DNA of 57,830 nucleotides. Origin: an uncultured Gammaproteobacteria bacterium. GTDB taxonomy: Bacteria; Patescibacteriota; Patescibacteriia; Magasanikbacterales; UBA10003. Under the pieces are notes generated by a model. That model worked only from the letters and a program-made list of their open reading frames with translations. It was not told the origin of the DNA and did not search any database. This document shows positions 52,294-57,830 of this stretch, piece after piece. The stretch covers positions 1 through 57,830 of the forward strand of contig CAZQSS010000002.1 of the NCBI GenBank assembly GCA_964596405.1, read 5' to 3'. The position numbers and the translations under genes are program-made. The first letter of the stretch is position 1. Each line of letters opens with the position of its first letter.

Positions 52294-52947
52294 TTATAAA
52301 ACGCCGCCGATAAATAATTGATAAAGCCGGTTGATAATCGGTGAAATCAAATCAAAAACGAAAAAAATCAAAACCAACAAAATCATAAAGCCGTATCGCG
52401 CAAAAAAATCATGCAGTTTGTCGGAGAGCGGCGCGGGCAAAATCGCGTAGAGAATATGCGAACCGTCCAAAGGCGGCACCGGCAAAAGATTAAAAACGGC
52501 GAGCATAATGTTGGCGTAGACAATCAGCGACAAAAAGCCCGTCAGGTTGCCCAAAAAAGAATCCAGACCGGCCGCCGGAGAAATAACGCCACTGGCCAAA
52601 ATCCGGACAAACAGGGCAAAAACCGCCGCCACCAAAAAATTGGAAAGCGGACCGGCCACGGCCACCAAAGCCGGGCCCAATTTTTGATCCCGGAGGTTAT
52701 ACGGATTAAACGGCACGGGCTTGGCGTAGGCAAACATAAAAGTGCCGCCGGATATAAAATACAAAACAACAGGCATTAAAATTGTGCCCCACCGGTCAAT
52801 GTGGACGAGCGGATTTAAGGTCAACCGACCGGCATATTTGGCCGTCTGGTCGCCCTGCATATACGCCGCCCAACCGTGCGCGTACTCGTGAATGATGGCC
52901 GACGGCACGATGATTATAAAATAGAATAAAAGTGTGGCAATACTCAT
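52294..52947 (-). CDS. Site-2 protease family (M50) zinc metalloprotease
   Basis: HEYAH (HExxH) in TM1 and NLLPVPPLDGSHIL. Polytopic membrane protein. Confidence 0.8.
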   Translation of the reverse strand: MSIATLLFYFIIIVPSAIIHEYAHGWAAYMQGDQTAKYAGRLTLNPLVHIDRWGTILMPVVLYFISGGTFMFAYAKPVPFNPYNLRDQKLGPALVAVAGPLSNFLVAAVFALFVRILASGVISPAAGLDSFLGNLTGFLSLIVYANIMLAVFNLLPVPPLDGSHILYAILPAPLSDKLHDFFARYGFMILLVLIFFVFDLISPIINRLYQLFIGGVL

Positions 52948-53089
52948 AAAATCTATAGAATTTTCATAATTACAGCGTTATCATAACAAAAAACCGGCTT
53001 TTAAGCAATCTTCTGCGCGGTGTTAACTATACCCCCAGATTTGACTTATTTTTTTTTTGATGATATTATGTAAGCATAATCAATCCAAT

Positions 53090-53308
53090 ATGCGCAAAAT
53101 AGACCTAAAATCCGTAGTTTGGAAAGAAGGCAAGTATTACATCTCTCAATGTTTAGAGGTAGATGTTTCTAGCTGTGGAAAAACCAAAAAAGAAGCGCTA
53201 GTGATGCTCCAAGACGCATTGGGGTTATACTTTGAAGATAAGCCTATTCCCAAAAAATCAGAAATAAAACATCCTTTTCTGGCCTCTGTCACCCTTCAAC
53301 ATGCCTAA
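53090..53308 (+). CDS. hicB: HicB-family antitoxin (short form)
   Basis: Start trimmed to MRKIDLK. The block WKEGKYYISQCLEVDVSSCGKTKKEALVMLQDAL is HicB-like. Overlaps hicA by 8 nt. Confidence 0.7.
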   Translation: MRKIDLKSVVWKEGKYYISQCLEVDVSSCGKTKKEALVMLQDALGLYFEDKPIPKKSEIKHPFLASVTLQHA

Positions 53309-53516
53309 GCCCTTTCCACTTCGACTTGTGCTAAAAGTCCTAAAAGAAAAGGGCTTCTTTTTTGTTTCACAGACAGGTTCGCATGTTAAATACAGAAAAG
53401 ATGGCAATCCGATACTTACAGTCATCGTGCCAATACACGGTAATGAAATCCAATTTGGAACTTTTAGGTCTATCTTGCGCCAAGCGAAATTACAGCAGAG
53501 CGATTTTGAAAAGTAA
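53301..53516 (+). CDS. hicA: HicA-family mRNA interferase toxin
   Basis: 71 aa with the block VLKVLKEKGFFFVSQTGSHVKYR, typical of HicA/YcfA. Confidence 0.75.
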   Translation: MPKPFPLRLVLKVLKEKGFFFVSQTGSHVKYRKDGNPILTVIVPIHGNEIQFGTFRSILRQAKLQQSDFEK

Positions 53517-53613
53517 GTCAAACTTCGTATGTCCTTGGGACATTATGCGCCACAGCAGAAAGACAAAATGCTGACGCATTTTGAAATTTCTGGGCTTCTT
53601 AAATTCCTGACTC

Positions 53614-53642
53614 TTGCTATTTCTCAAATTATCTGCTATCAT
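53614..53642 (+). promoter_or_regulatory. Candidate rpmB promoter (TTGCTA-17-TATCAT)
   Basis: TTGCTAtttctcaaattatctgcTATCAT. Confidence 0.5.
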
Positions 53643-53706
53643 CTTAACATCGTCATGAGCATTGAACAAAAACCAAATCGAGTTTAAAAATTAAAAATTC
53701 TTTTAT

Positions 53707-53883
53707 ATGTCTAGACGTTGTGAAAAATGCGGCCGTGGCCCTCGGGCTGGCGCCACTCGGAGCCATTCCAATATTCAATCCAAACGCCGTGTCTACGTTA
53801 ACCTGCAATCAAAAGTGGTCAACGGCAAAAGGATTAAAATCTGCACCAAGTGCATCAAGACCATGGCTAAAAAAAGTAAATAA
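53707..53883 (+). CDS. rpmB: 50S ribosomal protein L28 (absent from the ORF track, 58 aa)
   Basis: Hand translation: MSRRCEKCGRGPRAGATRSHSNIQSKRRVYVNLQSKVVNGKRIKICTKCIKTMAKKSK. Confidence 0.85.
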   Translation: MSRRCEKCGRGPRAGATRSHSNIQSKRRVYVNLQSKVVNGKRIKICTKCIKTMAKKSK

Positions 53884-53893
53884 ACAAATAAAA

Positions 53894-53927
53894 AAACTGG
53901 TCGCCTTGGGTGACCAGTTTTTTTATT
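53894..53927. terminator. Bidirectional rho-independent terminator
   Basis: Hairpin AAACTGGTC-gccttgggt-GACCAGTTT followed by a T-run. Confidence 0.8.
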
Positions 53928-56057
53928 TCATTGATTACTGTCAGCGGCTAAATTTCCAGGAGAAATCAACCGACTAATTAAAATTTTAGGATTGGTATTG
54001 TCTTTACTAAGACTGGGATCGTTTAGACTGATAAAATAATACTGCCGGCCGTCTTTTTCAATGACCATGGCCAAACATTTTTGCGCTTCGTCCAGATAAC
54101 CGGTTTTAGACGCCAAAATTGTAAAGGCCGGCTTTTGAAGCAATAATGAATTGGTGTGATTAAAACTGTGTCTAACGATTTTACCGCGATTGTTTACTCG
54201 GTTAAATTCATAATGAGGTGTGCCCAAAGCTTGGCTAATTTCCGGATTTTTGTAAGCCGCCATCAAAACTTTGAGCTGATCGGCGGCCGTCGTGATATTT
54301 TCCGTAGAAAATCCGCTGGGCTCAACATAACGCGTGCCGGCCAGGCCCAATTCCTGGGCTTTTTGATTCATGGCCAGAATAAAATCAACGCGGCTTAAAT
54401 TGGTCGCCTCTACCAACATCTCGGCCGGCTCGTTGACCGACCCCACCAGGAGCGAAAAAAATAAATCCTTGACTGTCACCGCGTCGTTGTTTTGCAAACG
54501 CAAATAATTACCGTAAACAAAATGTTTTTTGGAGTCGTAAACAATTTTTTCGGTCCAATCTTTATTGCGATGTTCCACAAAAACCAAAGCGGCTGTCATT
54601 TTGGTGAGCGACGCCAGGGGTAGCTGCCGCGTTAAATTTTTCCCAGCCACGATTGTGCCGGCCGCATCGGCAATCACATAACTGCCCACCGCCGTGGTAA
54701 TTTTCGGCCCGACAAATTCATCGGGCACCAAATTAACCCCGGTCAAAGGCGCCTTGAGCGGCGCGCCCGCCTCCGGCTTGATATGCACTTTGCCGGATTT
54801 AAATTGCAGTGAAATCAGCTGTTTTTTTATCAAATCGTAAATCTTGATGGCGACGCCGTCATTTTGGATTTGCAACTCGCCGTCGTCAGTGTAATTTAAG
54901 GGATTCTGTAAAGCCGTCGCTTTGGGATTGTCTGTATTTAATTTTAACGCCGCGGCCAACCCCAGTTCAGCCGCGTCAATAAAAGCGTAATCATCGTGAT
55001 AATTGGCGCGCGCTGGAAGCGGTGTCCACTTTACTCTAGTCACTAATTTTTTGCGAACCCAAACTTTATACGTCTGCCTTTTGTATTCCACCGAGGTGCG
55101 GTGATATTCCAGCCGGTTGGGATAACGGGCATCAGAGAAAAACCGATTGATGCCTGCATAATTAAAATAAACTGCCGCGTCCGTGTCAGCGGCGGCCTCG
55201 CCCAGCGCCCCCATCATCAAATAAAACTGGGCGCCCAAACCTACCGGCCGCGGCCCCGCTTGCGCTTCCACCAAACCGCTGCTAAAAGTTATTTTTTTCA
55301 AATTCTGATACAACCGCTCGGCCAAATCCAGATATTCTTTTTGATTGGTCAACTGGCCGTAGGCCAAAAGCATAAACGCCGAAACGGCCTGATAGTGCGG
55401 CACAATCTCTCCCCCTTCGCGATACCAACCGGCCGGGCTGATGCTCTCTTTCACGGCGGCGGCGATTTTATTTTTGATAGCCGCGTCGTTGGCGGATTTT
55501 TCTTCGGCTGTAATTAAACTTTTTTCCAACAAATAATTATTTAGATACTGCCAATGAGCGCCGGCAATGAGCGCCCGATTTTCCGTATCCGCGATTGCAA
55601 TACCGGGCTGGAGAGAATCCTTCATCGCCTTGAACAGATCGGCTGTTTCTTTTTGATTTAATAAATCCGGCACTTCTTCGGCCAAGCGGACGGCTAAAAA
55701 TAACGCTTCGGCGTCATTAAAAGATAAAGTTTTGGCCGGGCGGCCGGAGATTTCTTTGATTGCTTTTAAGATACTGCTACGCAAAATTTGCCGCGGTTTT
55801 TTTTCCCCCGCGATGGCCCGATACTTGTAATAGCCGGCCAAGCTGATAATTTCGCGGCCGCTTTTGGGCGCGCTGAAATTTTTAACGCCATAATCCGGCG
55901 CGGCGTATTTTAGGCCGATTTTATCAAACTGTTTACTGTAACGATTGTAAAAATATTTTAAATAGGCCTCATTGCCGCTCTCGGCCGACGCCAAACCCAC
56001 CCCAAAAATTTGGACTATCAGACTAACCAAAAAAATCACCACCCATTTCTTCATCAT
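53928..56057 (-). CDS. Secreted two-domain protein: unknown N-terminal domain of about 430 aa fused to an S11 D-Ala-D-Ala carboxypeptidase domain
   Basis: Signal peptide. The C-terminal half carries SLTK (SxxK), SVNE (SxN) and KTGY (KTG). Confidence 0.75.
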   Translation of the reverse strand: MMKKWVVIFLVSLIVQIFGVGLASAESGNEAYLKYFYNRYSKQFDKIGLKYAAPDYGVKNFSAPKSGREIISLAGYYKYRAIAGEKKPRQILRSSILKAIKEISGRPAKTLSFNDAEALFLAVRLAEEVPDLLNQKETADLFKAMKDSLQPGIAIADTENRALIAGAHWQYLNNYLLEKSLITAEEKSANDAAIKNKIAAAVKESISPAGWYREGGEIVPHYQAVSAFMLLAYGQLTNQKEYLDLAERLYQNLKKITFSSGLVEAQAGPRPVGLGAQFYLMMGALGEAAADTDAAVYFNYAGINRFFSDARYPNRLEYHRTSVEYKRQTYKVWVRKKLVTRVKWTPLPARANYHDDYAFIDAAELGLAAALKLNTDNPKATALQNPLNYTDDGELQIQNDGVAIKIYDLIKKQLISLQFKSGKVHIKPEAGAPLKAPLTGVNLVPDEFVGPKITTAVGSYVIADAAGTIVAGKNLTRQLPLASLTKMTAALVFVEHRNKDWTEKIVYDSKKHFVYGNYLRLQNNDAVTVKDLFFSLLVGSVNEPAEMLVEATNLSRVDFILAMNQKAQELGLAGTRYVEPSGFSTENITTAADQLKVLMAAYKNPEISQALGTPHYEFNRVNNRGKIVRHSFNHTNSLLLQKPAFTILASKTGYLDEAQKCLAMVIEKDGRQYYFISLNDPSLSKDNTNPKILISRLISPGNLAADSNQ

Positions 56058-56114
56058 ATATTCTTTTATTCTATTCTTATTTTCTACATTCTACTCTACA
56101 ACTTCCTTTAATCC

Positions 56115-56136
56115 TATGTTAAATATTTCTAACATA
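56115..56136. promoter_or_regulatory. Putative XRE operator (copy downstream of the regulator gene, upstream of 53928-56057)
   Basis: TATGTTAAATATTTCTAACATA, with inverted arms TATGTTA/TAACATA. Confidence 0.5.
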
Positions 56137-56149
56137 GCGCCGGAGTAAA

Positions 56150-56338
56150 TCAGAACGTAAATAAATCATCTATGCCAACCTTAAAAACTCTGGCAATCTT
56201 GTGCGCCAGCCGCAGTGAGGGACTGTATTTGAATTGTTCCAAAAATACAATTGTTTCGCGCCGCACGCCCACCGCGTAAGACAACTTCTGTTGAGTCAAC
56301 CCGCGCTTGGTTCTGTATTCTCTAATCTTATTACGCAT
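56150..56338 (-). CDS. XRE/Cro-type helix-turn-helix transcriptional regulator (62 aa)
   Basis: RGLTQQKLSYAVGVRRETIVFLEQ matches the short YozG-like HTH family. Confidence 0.8.
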   Translation of the reverse strand: MRNKIREYRTKRGLTQQKLSYAVGVRRETIVFLEQFKYSPSLRLAHKIARVFKVGIDDLFTF

Positions 56339-56382
56339 AAACGAATAAAGACATAAAAAATAAATAAAACCCTGATAAATCC

Positions 56383-56402
56383 ATGTTAACTATTTCTAAC
56401 AC
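56383..56402. promoter_or_regulatory. Putative XRE operator (copy upstream of the regulator gene)
   Basis: ATGTTAACTATTTCTAACAC matches 56116-56135 at 18 of 20 positions. Confidence 0.5.
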
Positions 56403-56489
56403 GAAGGTCAAGAGACGTTTTTGTGGATAAATGCAAACAAAACAAATAATAAATAAAACCCCCAACCGTTAGATTGGGAGTTTCAAGAT

Positions 56490-56909
56490 TTACTTGGGCA
56501 TGGCGCCAAAATTGGCGCCAGCCGGCCACTTGAATTCTGGGTCGCAGTCTATCTTGATGACTATACCCATCACCGGATCGCGATCCGAGCAGCCGGGTAC
56601 CATATAACAAACGCGGGTGTTGAGGGAAATAGTGCCGGCCGAACCGAGGGCATAGATCAGCCCGCCATCGGCCGTGGCCCGCTTGGGCTCTTTCATGATC
56701 TCTTCAAGGGCCGCTGGCTCAAGCATGGCCGCATCCATCTTCTGGAGCACCTCAAGGGTCGTCAGATCCTGATTGAAAGAGACAATCTGCAGACCGGAGC
56801 CGGTCTTCATAACGTTTGTTTCCAGACGATGCGTTGAGCAACCGCCTGCCATCACCGCGCTCACCACGAGGGCCACCACCATCATTACGAGCGCTGTTCT
56901 CTTGGTCAC
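56490..56909 (-). CDS. Lipoprotein (139 aa, GTG start), unknown function
   Basis: GAGGAG RBS 6 nt before the GTG. Signal peptide and lipobox VMAGGC. G+C-rich island. Confidence 0.65.
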   Translation of the reverse strand: MTKRTALVMMVVALVVSAVMAGGCSTHRLETNVMKTGSGLQIVSFNQDLTTLEVLQKMDAAMLEPAALEEIMKEPKRATADGGLIYALGSAGTISLNTRVCYMVPGCSDRDPVMGIVIKIDCDPEFKWPAGANFGAMPK

Positions 56910-56992
56910 GTTTTTCTCCTCGCCCCGCTTTGCGGCGGCTTGCCACGCCTTGCGGGACTTTTGGTGTTTGTTGAAAGACCGCTGATAAAACC

Positions 56993-57340
56993 CTACTTTT
57001 CCGGTTTGGCTGATGCCTTCTCTTCTAAACCATCGCTCAACGCGCCCATCATGAAGACAATGGCCACAAGCGCAAAGAGAGCGCCGACAATCCCGGCGGT
57101 AATCAAGCCCGGCAGAATTGTCGATTCCCAACCGACAAAGATGCGGGCGATGAGCATGGCCGCGCCGCCAAAAATGGCGCTGACCAACGCTCCCACAAAA
57201 AGCACCACCATGGCCGTGCCAAAAGCATAGACCAGACAGGCGCCGAAGATTGCCCCAATCAGCCAATCCGGCAGACCCAAAATCTGTACTGCCAGTATGC
57301 CCAAAAAGATCCCCGCCGCCAACACTTCTTTCCTGTTCAT
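56993..57340 (-). CDS. Gly/Ala-rich four-TM membrane protein (115 aa)
   Basis: Clear hydrophobic helices. Its start overlaps the stop of the upstream zinc-ribbon gene (ATGA). Confidence 0.65.
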   Translation of the reverse strand: MNRKEVLAAGIFLGILAVQILGLPDWLIGAIFGACLVYAFGTAMVVLFVGALVSAIFGGAAMLIARIFVGWESTILPGLITAGIVGALFALVAIVFMMGALSDGLEEKASAKPEK

Positions 57341-57522
57341 CGCTTACTCCTCTTTCTCGTTTTTTGACGGACTCGCACAACTCTCCAATAAACCATCTCA
57401 TGAACAATGTAACGGTTGTCGTCGCAGACCGGACAGACCTGGGCGATATCGTGACCTCCATAGCCCCGGCATTCCGGGCAAACAACCTGCCGATAAGCCA
57501 CTACCTTTTTTCTCTTGCTCAC
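57337..57522 (-). CDS. Small zinc-ribbon protein (CPEC..CPVC)
   Basis: GGAGG RBS 5 nt before the GTG at 57522. The tracked ORF begins at an upstream TTG at 57534. Confidence 0.55.
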   Translation of the reverse strand: MSKRKKVVAYRQVVCPECRGYGGHDIAQVCPVCDDNRYIVHEMVYWRVVRVRQKTRKRSKR

Positions 57523-57622
57523 TGGCACCTCCAATTGAAGTTTAAAGAACTTTACCCTGTTAAATGCCGCGGGGCGGCAATCCCGTTCATAGCGGGATTA
57601 TTTAACAGGGTGAACTACCTTA

Positions 57623-57651
57623 ACCTAACCATTTTTTGGGAGTTTTGTCAA
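57623..57651 (-). promoter_or_regulatory. Candidate promoter (TTGACA-17-TTAGGT) of the zinc-ribbon/membrane/lipoprotein operon
   Basis: TTGACAaaactcccaaaaaatggTTAGGT, followed by a long leader hairpin CCCTGTTAAAT..ATTTAACAGGG at 57554-57610. Confidence 0.45.
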
Positions 57652-57830
57652 CCCCAGCCGCCTGCAGCGGTTCTTTGTTTGGGAAGCCTTGGATTATATT
57701 TTTATCTTGGTTGCGCGGCTGGGGAGCGATAATTATACCTGAACAGGCGGCGGGGTCAATATCCGCAACCAAGGGCCAAATCATCATCTTGCCATTTTCG
57801 TTTATTCGTGATACTGTAATTTGAAAGCTG

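Noticed and set aside
56490-57485. A single 331-aa protein spanning the last island.
   Set aside because: Its N-terminal two thirds are Arg/Gly-rich and overlap, in another frame, a clean four-TM ORF. An internal GTG with a strong RBS gives a proper lipoprotein signal peptide. The three-gene parse is preferred.
57756-57830. A partial minus-strand ORF at the window edge (..QLSNYSITNKRKWQDDDLALGCGY-stop).
   Set aside because: Only 24 codons are visible, which is not enough to call.

Overview
This 57.8-kb window looks like a chromosomal segment of a small-genome bacterium with moderate-to-low G+C. Several traits resemble the Candidate Phyla Radiation/Patescibacteria. These are an archaeal-type AspRS plus AsnRS, an S10-spc ribosomal superoperon with no L30 gene, N-terminally extended S5/L23/S10, and many palindromic repeats inserted in frame into genes. 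The backbone genes are a DHH phosphoesterase, tRNA-Ile(UAU), CCA-adding enzyme, RluD, Cmk, L19, UvrA, a DsbA-like protein, two S11 carboxypeptidases, ScpAB, a YbaK-like protein, AspRS, AsnRS, RecO, RuvX, Map, Adk, SecY, the r-protein genes, EF-Tu, EF-G, S7, S12, an M50 protease, HicAB, L28 and an XRE regulator. Two kinds of accessory content stand out. (1) At 18.6-24.8 kb there is a same-strand array of four gene cassettes. Their cargo is a HydE-like radical SAM enzyme, a 258-aa possibly CDPS-like protein, an MvaI/BcnI-like type II R-M pair plus a membrane protein, and a 101-aa membrane protein. The cassettes are separated by four copies of a conserved structured element whose stems show compensatory changes (core about 156-171 nt, plus a 5' hairpin module). 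Each cassette is also bracketed by its own private 20-80-bp inverted repeats that start at a TA/TTA junction. No recombinase or transposase is visible in the window. (2) At least six short islands look G+C-richer by eye: 2.3-3.6, 17.55-18.5, 24.85-28.0, 31.9-32.7, 50.8-52.3 and 56.4-57.65 kb. Each is a self-contained expression module with a TTGACA-N16/17 promoter, shared leader hairpins and a rho-independent terminator. They encode lipoproteins (one three-member paralog family), a pilin-like protein, a Cys-rich HExxH protein and small membrane proteins. The backbone also carries at least six families of palindromic intergenic repeats. Two of these families sit between cistrons of the ribosomal protein operons.
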